Shown piece by piece: positions 8,931 to 18,643 of a stretch of 64,000 nucleotides of DNA. Under the pieces are notes generated by a model that was given only the letters and a program-made list of their open reading frames with translations, had not been told where the DNA came from and did no database searches. The DNA lies in contig CBDCPD010000004.1 in assembly GCA_965220095.1 (NCBI GenBank), forward strand, positions 36,582-100,581, read 5' to 3'. How positions within the stretch are numbered: the first letter of the stretch is position 1; each line of letters begins with the position of its first letter. The stretch comes from Dehalococcoidia bacterium (GTDB lineage: Bacteria; Chloroflexota; Dehalococcoidia; Lucifugimonadales; UBA3495). Both the position numbers and the translations under genes were made by a program.

Positions 8931-9798
8931 GAGGGTGTTTAAAAAGCTGGAGCGCGTACCAAGCGGCGGAGCATGAGTCCGGTCATAGCGGTGTAGGCCC
9001 AGGCTTCGGTGGTTTCCGGCAGTGCTTCATAATCTTTGCTCAATCTCCGGTGCCGGCCCAGCCAGGCGAAAGTGCGTTCCACCACCCAGCGCCGGGGCAA
9101 CACTTCAAAGCTGTGGCTGTTCCCAGGGCGCCGCACTATCTCCAGAGTCCAACCCGTCAGTGACGCCACCCACTGGATCAACTTTCCGGCGTAGCCGCCA
9201 TCCGCCCAGATCAAGCTCAGCCGGGGAAACCTTCCGGTCAGCTTGCTGATGACCAGCTTGGCCCCATCCCGGTCTTGCACGTTGGCTGGGTGCACCGTCA
9301 CCGCCAACAGCAGTCCCTGGGTATCCACCACAATATGCCGTTTGCGGCCTTTCACCTTCTTGCCTGCGTCGTACCCCCGAGGCCCCCTTTTTCCGTGGTC
9401 TTCACTGACTGGCTGTCGATGATGGCCCCGCTGGGACTGGGCTGGCGGCCCAAGAACCGCCGCATCGTGGGGAGCAGGGCGTCATGAATCCCCTGCCAGG
9501 TCCCATCCCGCCGCCAAACCCAGAAGTAGTGGTAGACCAATTGCCAGGGCGGCAGGTCGTGGGGCAACAGACGCCAGGCACATCCGGTACGCAGCACATA
9601 CCGGATGGCATCCACCACCTCCCGGCGGGAATACTTGGCAGGACGTCCGCCCGGCTTGACCGCCGGGACCAGGGGCTCCAGAATCCGCCACTCGGCATCC
9701 GTCAAATCCGTGGAATAAACTGCTCGGCTCATGCCCCAAGTCTATAGCCTGCCCTGCTACATTGCCTTCTGTTTTCCAGACCCTTTTTAAACACTTTC
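8931..9798 (-). mobile_element. IS5-family (IS427/IS1031-like) insertion sequence, apparently intact
   Basis: Terminal IRs are gagggtgtttaaaaag / ctttttaaacactttc. A 3-bp TTA target duplication sits at 8928-8930 and 9799-9801. The element is 868 bp. Confidence 0.85.
8939..9732 (-). CDS. IS5-family DDE transposase, ORFA (9352..9732) and ORFB (8939..9355) joined by -1 frameshift
   Basis: ORFA reads [21 protein letters not shown]...; ORFB reads [16 protein letters not shown]...ADGGYAG...[10 protein letters not shown]. The slippery GAAAAAGG sits at about 9386-9393 on the coding strand. Confidence 0.85.
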
Positions 9799-10223
9799 TT
9801 AGTAATTCTTTTGATCGTAAAGTTTTGTCGCCTCGCTGGGCGGACTGCACATGGTGTGCGTGGAGTTTGGCGCGTACGTCCGAACGGGGAATCTCGCTTA
9901 CGCGCTATAGCGGTTGCTTGCAACCATTGGTGCTCGACCATAGCAGGATAGTTACCGGCTACTTGTTTGTGGCACTGTTCGTTCGGACCTCCGTGAAAGT
10001 CGGTTCGTTTGTCGCCATCGGTCTCCTGCTATGGAACGGAGTTCCCGGTACGTGGTTTGAAGGATTTCCTCGGGGCGTGTCAATTCCCGTTTTGGCGTTG
10101 ATTGGGCTAATTTCGGCGCCAATTTTCCTGATAGGACTCTACCAGGACATCGAGAAGGCTAAGCGGTGGTGCAACAGACGAGCTCAACGCACAGCGGTGT
10201 TAGATGATGTTGACTTGAGTTGA
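9762..10223 (+). CDS. Hypothetical membrane protein (true start probably downstream, near 9930)
   Basis: The C-terminal half has 2-3 hydrophobic helices. The 5' part of the ORF overlaps the IS right end. It lies in a lower-GC island. Confidence 0.3.
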   Translation: MPSVFQTLFKHFLSNSFDRKVLSPRWADCTWCAWSLARTSERGISLTRYSGCLQPLVLDHSRIVTGYLFVALFVRTSVKVGSFVAIGLLLWNGVPGTWFEGFPRGVSIPVLALIGLISAPIFLIGLYQDIEKAKRWCNRRAQRTAVLDDVDLS

Positions 10224-10281
10224 CGACGGTCGATATCAACCTACAGCCCCAGGCTGAACAACCCGAACTAGGATTCCGTGG

Positions 10282-10992
10282 GTGACACCCAGAACTCGGT
10301 GGGCGACGGAGCATGAAATGAACACTTGGCGTACGTTGAAAAACGCGAACCGCTTGGCGTTCCACGCCGGTATCGCGCCATTCGGCACAGCGGCAGCGAC
10401 TTACCTGTGGGCCGTGTTGGTAGGGCAAGGTGAATGGCTGTTTTGGCAAAGTTGGTCAGCCTTTACCGACTCAGCGTTTTGGGGAGGATTAATCTACTTT
10501 GCCTTCGCTGGGACGGTTTGGTTGGCAATCAAGGGCGCGGATACTTTGATTGAAGCAATCCGAAAATCAGGTTATTCCGCGGGACTTGCCGATAACCGTT
10601 CTGAAAAAATACGAATTGGTCGGCGCGAAGGCATGACGAATGCGTTGGACGAATTGTGGCGTCTCGCTGAGGATCCCGCTACGAAAGCGCTGATCCGTTT
10701 AGTTGCCAATACTCACGAGATCAATGTCCCCTCCATAAGAGGCGGGATTAGGGCTACCGCTGAGGTAACGGTAATTTCACCCTGGGACACGCTATGGAAA
10801 CGCTTGGCCGATTTGACTGCCGAGCTGCGGAAACGATTTGGATTCGATGAATATAACGACAGAACGGACAAAATGGTGCGCATCGCGATCGGTGCCGCCG
10901 TGTCTGACTTGGAGAAACAAATAGAGCGGATACGTGAATCGGACCGGCGGAGAGAGAACCGAGCAGCATCGACGGATGTTACGGACGGGTGA
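10282..10992 (+). CDS. Hypothetical membrane-anchored protein with helical C-terminal region
   Basis: Hydrophobic N-terminal segments followed by a charged helical tail. It lies in a lower-GC island. Confidence 0.4.
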   Translation: MTPRTRWATEHEMNTWRTLKNANRLAFHAGIAPFGTAAATYLWAVLVGQGEWLFWQSWSAFTDSAFWGGLIYFAFAGTVWLAIKGADTLIEAIRKSGYSAGLADNRSEKIRIGRREGMTNALDELWRLAEDPATKALIRLVANTHEINVPSIRGGIRATAEVTVISPWDTLWKRLADLTAELRKRFGFDEYNDRTDKMVRIAIGAAVSDLEKQIERIRESDRRRENRAASTDVTDG

Positions 10993-11295
10993 TGCCAAAA
11001 TAAACAAGCCTTGAGCCTACTATCTCTTACCCATTGGAATGCACGTTGACAGGTAAACTATTCCCCGGTTTTGCTGAGTAGGAGAACCGTACGCAACCTT
11101 TCTCTTGAGCGCATGTGGCAAGATGCGCTCGGGTACCTAGCGCCATGCGGCTCGCCGCCTATTCGGGACAGTCAAGGCCAGGCCCCAAACGGCAACATTT
11201 TGGGGGATTCTGTTGCAGATTGGGCGCACCGGTTGACAGAATAGTGATTGAACGAATCGAATCACCAGACCGGTTGGAGGTTCCGGACCACCGAA

Positions 11296-11498
11296 CGTAA
11301 CGACCGCTGTGCGAACCACGGCGGGTATCAATAAGGCGGAGCACGGTGGAAGGATGGATACTGGAATCGGGTCCACCAATGCGTTGCAGCGAGTCTTTCA
11401 GACGACGGTGTCCAGCTACCTCCGGTTTCGTGGTTGGATCTGCCAGGAGACCTTGTGCGACCGAAGTTCAGTAACATTTGATTTGAGGCAATGCGCAG
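11296..11498 (+). ncRNA. Solo TnpB right-end / omega-RNA-like module, copy 1 (subfamily A)
   Basis: Aligns over about 200 nt with 19812-20010 and 28146-28348. Homology stops sharply after ...catttgatttgaggcaatgcgcag. Confidence 0.5.
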
Positions 11499-11731
11499 TC
11501 CGGCGACACAGACGAAAAGGCGCCCGAGGTCAAAGGCCGACGCATCTATGACGAGGCGGTCTTGGCATATGCAAGACTTGTTCCCACCAGACAACCGACG
11601 TGCGAACAAGGAATTTGGGGCGCGGAGGCCATCTTTGCAGGCGGGGGTTCACAGGGATGAAGTGGCCCTTGACCATCCCAATCTGCGCTTGCCTGACACG
11701 CAAGAGGTCAATTTCCGGGGCCGATTACGAC

Positions 11732-12412
11732 TCACAGCAGCAGGGCCGTAGTGTTCACGACCGGAGCGATGAGTTCGGGGCCGTCGGCGCTGGCCCGGTT
11801 GACTGCGCCGGATACGGGCCGCGCGATCAGATCCGGCCATTCCCGCGGGGTCAGCAGGGCCTGGAGGATTTCCACGTCGGTATCGGGGGCCAGCCAGTCG
11901 TCATACTGGTCATCGACCAACAGCACCGGCATCCGGTTGTGGATGGGGGCCAACAGCGTGTTGGGCGCGCAGGTGATGAGGGAGGCGGCCACCGTTGGAG
12001 TGGCGTTGTAGATGCCCGCCAGGGCGAAGGGACGTTCGTCGGCCCGGTGGATCCACAGCGGCGTTTTGCCGCCGCTGCCGTTGGGCCGCCATTCGTAGAA
12101 ACCGTTGGCGGGTATCAGGCAACGGCGCCGGGCGAAAGCGGCGCGGAACGCGGGGCGCTCCGTCAGCGTTTCGCCGCGGGCGTTGAACAGGGTTCGGGAG
12201 GACGCACCTCTTCCCGGCGGGCGGTTGAACGAGAAGCCCCAGGCCATGAGGCTGGCGTGGCGTTGGGCCCCCGCGGTGGTTATAGCCAGAACCGGGGCCG
12301 TGGGCGCAATGTTCCAGCAGGGCCGGTAGGCTGCGCTGGTTGGTCCTGGAACGAACCGGAACTGGGAGGCCAGGTTGCCCAGCTCGGCGAACAGGCTGAT
12401 TCTTCCGCACAT
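11732..12412 (-). CDS. SOS-response-associated peptidase (SRAP/YedK family)
   Basis: N-terminal MCGR catalytic Cys2 and a family-like length of 226 aa. It is divergent from imuB. Confidence 0.8.
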   Translation of the reverse strand: MCGRISLFAELGNLASQFRFVPGPTSAAYRPCWNIAPTAPVLAITTAGAQRHASLMAWGFSFNRPPGRGASSRTLFNARGETLTERPAFRAAFARRRCLIPANGFYEWRPNGSGGKTPLWIHRADERPFALAGIYNATPTVAASLITCAPNTLLAPIHNRMPVLLVDDQYDDWLAPDTDVEILQALLTPREWPDLIARPVSGAVNRASADGPELIAPVVNTTALLL

Positions 12413-12669
12413 GGCGAGTCGGCTCCGGGGGAACTGGCAGGTTGTGCAGTGGGTTGACGACGGTCAAATGAACGATGAGTCCGAGCCGGAACCGGGGTGG
12501 GCGGCGGCGGTATGGTATCACAGGCGGGGTTGCCGACATTGGCCGATATTGACGCTGCCGGTGGGTCGGGAGTGAACAGACACCAGCCTGGACGCCGGCC
12601 CTGGCGGCGGTTCTGGTGACGGCGGGTGATTGCGTAACGAACTGGTGTTCGGATAGCATTGCCGCCGTG

Positions 12670-14097
12670 ATGAGTATGACGGACGCCCGGCTGACGGGCT
12701 GCTTGCTGGTTACCCATCTGCCGGTGAAGGCCGAGCTTTGGCGCCGGCCGGAACTGGCTGGCCAGCCGCTGGTTGTCACCACCGTCGGCCGGGGTCGCCC
12801 GTCGGTGCTGGACGCCTCCGGCGAGGCCGCGGGCGTTGCGGCCGGACAGTCCGATTCGGAAGCCCGGTCCCATTGTTCCGACGCCATGATGCTGCCGGCC
12901 GACTCCAGCTACCTGTCCCAAGTCAACGACCATCTGCTGGCGGCGCTGTGCCGGGTGGCCGACCGGGTGGAGCCGGCCGGCCTGGGCGTGTTCTACCTGG
13001 ATTTGACGGGCATGGCGGATATGTACGGAGGCCTGACGCGGCTGGCCGAGGCGGTCCTGTCGTCTGCTGGCGAAGAGTGGCTGCGCCCTCGGCTGGGTAT
13101 CGGAGCCGGCAAGTTTCCCGCCTACTGCGCGGCCGCTCGCGCGAAGGCCGGCGCCTGGCTGCCGGCTCCCGTTGACGCATCCGGTTGGCTGGCGCCGCTG
13201 CCGGTGTCGTGGCTGCCCCTGGACCGGGATGCGGTGGCCCGGCTGGCGGGCTTCGGCATCCGCACGCTGGGCGACGTGGCGGCGCTGCCCCCGGAGGCGC
13301 TGTCCGAGTTCCTGGGAGTGGACGGAGCGCGCGCCTGGCGGCTGGCCAACGGCATTGACCCGGCGCAGGTCATCCCGGCGGCGCTGCCGGAGCGACTGTC
13401 CCAGTGGCTGGAGTTTCCCTTTCCGGTGGACACCACCTCCGGCGTCGAGGCCGGACTGCGCGCATTGGCCGAGCGGCTGTGGCGTTCGGGCTCGCTGCGG
13501 GCCCGCCACGTTGGTCGGGCGTCGCTGGAAGGACAACTGCTCTCCGGCGGTGCGTGGCAGTTCGATCGTCCGCTGCGCCTGCCGGCGGCATCCGCCGAGG
13601 CCCTGGCCAAGGCGCTGCTGGCCGGTCTGGGCGCCCGGGACGCGCTGGGTTTCGGGCGCTGGCCCGACGGGGCATTGCTGGACCTGACCCTCACGGTTTC
13701 CGAGCTCTCGGCGGAAACCGGCCGCCAGTCCGGGTTGTGGACGCAGCCGCCACGCCGGATGCCGCCGGACGTTGCCGGCATGGATCGCCTGGTGGAACTG
13801 GTTCCCCGGTCGGCGCTGCCCGAACGCCGCTGGGCTTTCGCGTCCTCCCTGGCGCCCCTGGCCGCCCCGTCGCCGGTGCAGGTGCAGTGCCGCGGCGAAA
13901 CGCCCCGGCGCGTGAACGCCGGCCGGGTTGACTGGCGGGGCGTGGCCCGGGTGGTTGACCTGTGGGAGGTGGATACCGAGTGGTGGGCGCCGCAGCCGGT
14001 GCGCCGTCGCTACTGGCGCCTCGCCCTGGCCGACGGCGGGCTGATCACGGTGTACCGCGACCTGGCCACCGGCCACTGGTTCCGACAGGGCTACTGA
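12670..14097 (+). CDS. imuB: ImuB-like Y-family polymerase paralogue
   Basis: N-terminus CLLVTHLPVKAEL...FYLDLTGMADMYGG. Its stop abuts the dnaE2 start. The start is taken at Met19 of the 12616 ORF. Confidence 0.7.
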   Translation: MSMTDARLTGCLLVTHLPVKAELWRRPELAGQPLVVTTVGRGRPSVLDASGEAAGVAAGQSDSEARSHCSDAMMLPADSSYLSQVNDHLLAALCRVADRVEPAGLGVFYLDLTGMADMYGGLTRLAEAVLSSAGEEWLRPRLGIGAGKFPAYCAAARAKAGAWLPAPVDASGWLAPLPVSWLPLDRDAVARLAGFGIRTLGDVAALPPEALSEFLGVDGARAWRLANGIDPAQVIPAALPERLSQWLEFPFPVDTTSGVEAGLRALAERLWRSGSLRARHVGRASLEGQLLSGGAWQFDRPLRLPAASAEALAKALLAGLGARDALGFGRWPDGALLDLTLTVSELSAETGRQSGLWTQPPRRMPPDVAGMDRLVELVPRSALPERRWAFASSLAPLAAPSPVQVQCRGETPRRVNAGRVDWRGVARVVDLWEVDTEWWAPQPVRRRYWRLALADGGLITVYRDLATGHWFRQGY

Positions 14098-14098
14098 T

Positions 14099-17000
14099 AT
14101 GGCCGCCAACACCGACTACGTGGAGCTGCGGGCCCACTCCTGGTATTCCTTCGGCGCCGGAGCTTCCTCCGTTGCCGAGCTGGTGCAGCGGGCCGCGGAA
14201 CTGGATTACCCGGCCCTGGGGCTGACCGACGTATCCAACCTGTGCGGCGCGCTGGAGTTCAGCCAGCAGTGCCTGGACGCCGGCGTCCACCCCATCATCG
14301 GAGCCGACCTGACGGTGCGGGAGCCGGAGGGCGACGGCGCCGTTGCCCTCATCGCCGAGACCGGCGAGGGCTACGCCAACCTGTGTCGTCTGGTTTCCCT
14401 GGCCCACCTGACCGGCGGCCGCACCGAGCCGGTTCTGGACGCCCGCTTCCTGGAATCCCACGCCGCCGGGCTGATTGTTCTGTTGGGCGCCCCCGGCGGC
14501 GTCCTGGCTAGTCTGCTGGAAGCTGGCGGCTGGGCTAACGCCGAAGCTCTGGTGAAACATTACCGCGACCTCTTCCGCGCCGACAATGTCTTCCTGGAGC
14601 TGCAGCAGCACCTGGCCTACGGCGACACCGCGCGGAACAGGCGGCTGCCTGAACTGGCCCCGCGTTGCGGCGTCGGCATCGTGGCCACCAACGAAGTCTG
14701 GTATCACCGGCGGGACCGTTCCCGCCTCCACGACGCTCTCACCGCCATCCGGCTCAACGGCTCGCTGTCGGAGGTGCGGGAGCGGCTGAAGGTCAACGGC
14801 CAGTATCGGCTGAAGTCCCCGGCGGCCATGGGGCGCCTGTTCCGTTCCCATCCCGACGCCCGGCGCAACACCCGGGCCATCGCCGAGCGCTGTTCCGATT
14901 TCAGGCTGCCCAACTACGTGGCGAGCCGTTATAGTTTTCCGGACGTGCCCGTGCCGCCGGGCCATGATGCCCAGTCCTGGCTCCGGCGGCTCTGCGAGGA
15001 GTCGGCGGCCCGGCGTTACGGGCGCATCGACCAACGGGTGCGGGAACGGCTGGATGAGGAATTCGCCCTGATTGGCAAGCACGGCCTGGCCGGGTTCTTT
15101 CTGGTCTATCACCGCATCGTCGAGCTGGCCCGGGAGGGTATGCTGGAACTGGGCTGGGGGCACCTGGAAACGCCTTTGGAGTGGCTGCCGCCGGGAAGAG
15201 GGCGCGGCTCGTCCGTCTCCATGCTGGTGGGCTACCTCATCGGCCTGTCCCACGTGGACCCGCTGGCTTACGGCCTGACCCTGGACCGCTTTCTGTCGAC
15301 CGAGACCGCGGCGCTGCCCGACATCGACCTGGACTTCCCCCGGGACATCCGGGAGCGGCTCATCCTCCGCATCATCGCGGAATGGGGGTGGGACCACGCC
15401 GCCCTGGCCGGAATGTTCCCCACCTACCGGGCCCGCGGCATCGTGCGGGCCCTGGGCAAGGCCCTGGGACTGCCCGTTGACGAGGTGGCCGCGCTGGCCC
15501 GGGGGTTGGAAACGGATGCGTCGTCGGAACTGCCGCGGTCGCCCGTTGCCATGGCCAAAGCCGACCGACCAGGCTGGCGGGACCTGTTCGCCCTGTCGGA
15601 GCAGCTGGCCGGATTTCCCAGAGGGCTGGCCCAGCATCCCGGCGGAATGCTGGTGTCGTCAACCCCCCTCACCGACCTGATGCCGGTGCAGCCGTCGGCC
15701 ATCGACGGCCGCTACGTGGCCCAGTGGGACAAGGACGGCGTGGACGACGCCGGGGTGCTGAAAATCGACCTGCTGGCGTTGGGCGCGTTGTCCCAGATGC
15801 AGCAGGCGGTGCGTTTGGTGCGCGGCCGCACCGGCATCGAGCCGGACCTGAGCCGCATCGACTACCGGGATGCCGGGGTCTTCGATGACCTGGGACGGGG
15901 CGACACCGTGGGCCTGTTCCAGGTGGAATCCGCCGCCCAGATGCAGACCATCGTGCGGATGCGGCCCCGGGACATCTACGACCTGGCCTTGGAGGTGGCG
16001 GCGGTCCGGCCCGGCGTCGGCGCCAACGACGGCGTGGCCGAGTTCCTCCGCCGCCGAGAGGGCATGCCCTGGAATTACCACCATCCGTTGGAGCGGAGCG
16101 CTTTGGAGCGCTCCTTGGGCGTGATCATGTTCCAGGACCAGGTGGTGCAGCTGGGCATGGACGTGGGCGGTTTCAGCCCCGCCGTAGCGGACCGGATGCG
16201 CCGGGCTTTCGGGCGCCGCAACGGCGCAGCCCTGGTGGAATCCTACCGGCGGCAGTTTCTGACCGGCGCCGTCCAACGGGGCGTGCCTGAGGCCGCCGCC
16301 GAGGCCATCTTCGGCAAGTTCAACCCCCACTATATGTTTCCGGAGGGCCATGCTGTCGCCTTCGCCTTCACCGCCTACCAGATGGCCTGGCTGCGCCGGT
16401 ATCATCCCCTGGAGTTCTACGTGGCGCTGTTCAACGAGCAGCCCATGGGCTTCTGGGACCTGGACACCCTCAAGCAGGATGCCCGCCGGCTGCGCCTGCG
16501 CGTCGCCCGTCCCGACGTGAACCTCTCGGAACTGCGCTGCACCGCCGAGGGAGACGATACGCTGCGCTTGGGATTGACCTTCGTCAAGGGCGTGGACCGG
16601 CGTCTGGGCGAAACCCTGCTGCGGGCCCGGGAAGCCGGGCCGTTTGGCCGTTTGGCCGACCTGCTGGCCCGGTCGGGATTATCGCGAGAGGCCTTGGAAA
16701 ATCTGGCCCGGGCCGGCGCCATGGATGGGCTGGCCGATTTCACCGACCGCCGGAGCGCTTTGTGGCAGGTGGGCGCCGGTTACGCCGCCGGAGTGCGGCG
16801 CGGCCAGCTGTCATTGCCCCTGGCGGTGTCGGATGCGCCTGCGGGATTGAGCCAGCAGGCGCGGTCCGCGCGGATGCTGGACGAGTACGCCATGCTGGGC
16901 CTCTGCCCAAATGGCCACGTGATGGAACTGGTGCGGCCCCAACTGGGCCCGGAGGTGCTGACCAGCGACGGTTTGCTGGGTTGTGCCGATGGCGACGTGG

Positions 17001-17263
17001 TGCGGGTGGCCGGCCGGGTGGTGCGACGACAGAGGCCCCTGGCCGCCGCGGTGTTTCTGACCCTGGAGGACGAAACCGGCCTGATCCCCCTGGCAGTGTG
17101 GCCCGCCCAGTGGGAGCGGCTCAAGGGCGCCCTGAGACATTCTCTGGTGGTGGTGGAGGGTGAAGTGTCGCGCCGGGACGACACGCTGAACATCGCGGTG
17201 CAAAAGGCCTGGCCCCTGTCGGTGGGTTTGGATGATCGACTCGGGCGGCCAGACTGGCGGTAG
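14099..17263 (+). CDS. dnaE2: Error-prone DNA polymerase III alpha paralogue DnaE2
   Basis: 1054 aa with an N-terminal PHP domain (YVELRAHSWYSFGAGASS). Size and coupling to imuB are typical of DnaE2 rather than replicative DnaE. Confidence 0.85.
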   Translation: MAANTDYVELRAHSWYSFGAGASSVAELVQRAAELDYPALGLTDVSNLCGALEFSQQCLDAGVHPIIGADLTVREPEGDGAVALIAETGEGYANLCRLVSLAHLTGGRTEPVLDARFLESHAAGLIVLLGAPGGVLASLLEAGGWANAEALVKHYRDLFRADNVFLELQQHLAYGDTARNRRLPELAPRCGVGIVATNEVWYHRRDRSRLHDALTAIRLNGSLSEVRERLKVNGQYRLKSPAAMGRLFRSHPDARRNTRAIAERCSDFRLPNYVASRYSFPDVPVPPGHDAQSWLRRLCEESAARRYGRIDQRVRERLDEEFALIGKHGLAGFFLVYHRIVELAREGMLELGWGHLETPLEWLPPGRGRGSSVSMLVGYLIGLSHVDPLAYGLTLDRFLSTETAALPDIDLDFPRDIRERLILRIIAEWGWDHAALAGMFPTYRARGIVRALGKALGLPVDEVAALARGLETDASSELPRSPVAMAKADRPGWRDLFALSEQLAGFPRGLAQHPGGMLVSSTPLTDLMPVQPSAIDGRYVAQWDKDGVDDAGVLKIDLLALGALSQMQQAVRLVRGRTGIEPDLSRIDYRDAGVFDDLGRGDTVGLFQVESAAQMQTIVRMRPRDIYDLALEVAAVRPGVGANDGVAEFLRRREGMPWNYHHPLERSALERSLGVIMFQDQVVQLGMDVGGFSPAVADRMRRAFGRRNGAALVESYRRQFLTGAVQRGVPEAAAEAIFGKFNPHYMFPEGHAVAFAFTAYQMAWLRRYHPLEFYVALFNEQPMGFWDLDTLKQDARRLRLRVARPDVNLSELRCTAEGDDTLRLGLTFVKGVDRRLGETLLRAREAGPFGRLADLLARSGLSREALENLARAGAMDGLADFTDRRSALWQVGAGYAAGVRRGQLSLPLAVSDAPAGLSQQARSARMLDEYAMLGLCPNGHVMELVRPQLGPEVLTSDGLLGCADGDVVRVAGRVVRRQRPLAAAVFLTLEDETGLIPLAVWPAQWERLKGALRHSLVVVEGEVSRRDDTLNIAVQKAWPLSVGLDDRLGRPDWR

Positions 17264-17558
17264 GGCAGCCGGGGCGTGCATCCGTACCGCCTGCGCCGAC
17301 CAGGGATGTGGTTAGGCAAGGGCCGAGCCGCCGCGCCGGCTGGCCAGGGATGATACAGTCCCCGTCGCCGAGAGGCATGGCCGGCGGCTTGCAAAATGGC
17401 CGGTGGAGGTGGCCGTCCCAGCCGTTTCAGGACCGGGATTTCGGTCTCAAAAAGGGCCGGGAGCCGCGACTGTGGCCCGGGGTCCGTGAGATGACGAATT
17501 CCACCCCAATCGCGGCGCGACTGCAAGGCCCGTGCGATGAATTCCGCTCACAATGTCC

Positions 17559-17697
17559 GATGATTTTCGTAATCGGCGGCCGGGAGATTAGGGCGGCGAG
17601 ACTTCCTGACGACGATGGCCAGCTATTTCGTGGCTGGATCCCTCAGGATACTTGGTGCAACTGAATGTCGGTAACCTTTCTGAATGAGGCAACAGGA
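17559..17697 (+). ncRNA. Internally deleted TnpB-tail / omega-RNA-like module, copy 5 (subfamily B)
   Basis: Positions 17596-17697 differ at only 2 positions from 58505-58606. Upstream, only short islands (gatgatt, cgtaat) of the longer copy remain. Confidence 0.45.
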
Positions 17698-18129
17698 TCA
17701 AATCTCTTCAATTGTTACATGGTCCCACAGGCTATCCGTGGGGCCCTCATGCCCTGCACGTAATCCGGTGTTTGGATCGAGGAGAAGGTGGTGGGGGCAA
17801 TCACTGCCGACGGTTGAGTGCCAAATTCCTGCGGATTGTGTCTCCCGCAGCGAGAGCAATACCCAGGAACTCGGCGTGCTTGGCAACGAAACCACGTTTC
17901 GGACCGAAGTACATCGGATGAGTAGCCCACTCTTCGGCGGACGCCAACCAGTGGATTAGGTCTCTTTTGACGAAGTCGTAGGAATCGCCAAACTGCTGCG
18001 AATCCATGACTCGCTCCTTTGGCCGTGTTAACGCTCTGCCGACCGGGGTACATACCGAAGATCGGAGCCGGCCGAGGCGTTATTACTCTCCCTGCCAACT
18101 GATCCGCCGTTGACCGCAGGGCGCCTGCG

Positions 18130-18535
18130 ATGATAGCGCCGCCAGGGGTGGAGCCCTGGCGACTTCAGCAACAACCTACGGGGAGGTCGAAGCTGCAGAA
18201 GCAGTATAACGCTGCGCGCACGTACCAGTTTCGCGTCCAGTTCACCCGCGACGACCACCGCCGGCTTGCAGATCATTGCCGGCTTTACAACGGCGCCGTC
18301 CAGGAACGGCGCGACGCATGGCGCGCCGGTCGATCACCTTCCCCAGCCAGTGCCGTGAGCTCACGCTGGTGCGCCAGGACGATCCGGTATGGGCTGGCGA
18401 ACACCGCAGTCTGGCCGTGGTCACCCTCATGGGTGTGGATCTGGCTTTGCAAGCGTTCTTCCGCCGTGTGAAGGCCGGTGTAAACGGCGGCGGTAAAGTG
18501 GGCCACGTGGGCGGCTTGATCGTCGGCTTGCGGCG
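18130..18535 (+). pseudogene. tnpB: N-terminal remnant of a canonical tnpB (IS200/IS605-family RNA-guided nuclease), frameshifted
   Basis: RTYQFRVQFTRDDHRRLADHCRLYNGAVQERRDAW, then after a frameshift near 18330 ...SQCRELTLVRQDDPVWAGEH...LALQAFFRRVKAG. This matches the TnpB N-terminal pattern. No RuvC part follows. Confidence 0.6.
18477..18535 (+). repeat. 59-bp direct repeat, copy 1 (within the tnpB remnant)
   Basis: ggtgtaaacggcggcggtaaagtgggccacgtgggcggcttgatcgtcggcttgcggcg. It is about 90% identical to 19539-19597. Confidence 0.75.
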
Positions 18536-18643
18536 AACATCAACAGCCCAGTGGTACGTTTTGCCGACGCCCTTGACTAGGCGCCCTGTAACACCGGACC
18601 ATAGCCAGTTGATAATGTGGTTTTGACAAGTAAGGGAATCGAA

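Noticed and set aside
12413-12669. Possible LexA/SOS box in the SRAP-imuB divergent promoter region (tgaacgatgagtcc, gtgaacagacacc).
   Set aside because: Only half-site-quality matches to GAAC-N4-GTTC-type boxes. The host phylum and its LexA motif are unknown, so no call is made.
12280-15637. Very long minus-strand ORFs (12280..14112, 14045..15637) and many similar ones elsewhere (for example 44981..45814, 46298..47245, 55158..56198).
   Set aside because: They lie antisense to genes with clear family motifs, have Arg/Pro/Gly-rich low-complexity translations and carry no recognisable motifs. They are typical shadow ORFs of high-GC DNA.
16780-17526. 248-aa minus-strand ORF extending from the dnaE2 3' region into the downstream intergenic space.
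   Set aside because: It is mostly antisense to dnaE2, and the part outside dnaE2 is Arg/Pro-rich with no motif.
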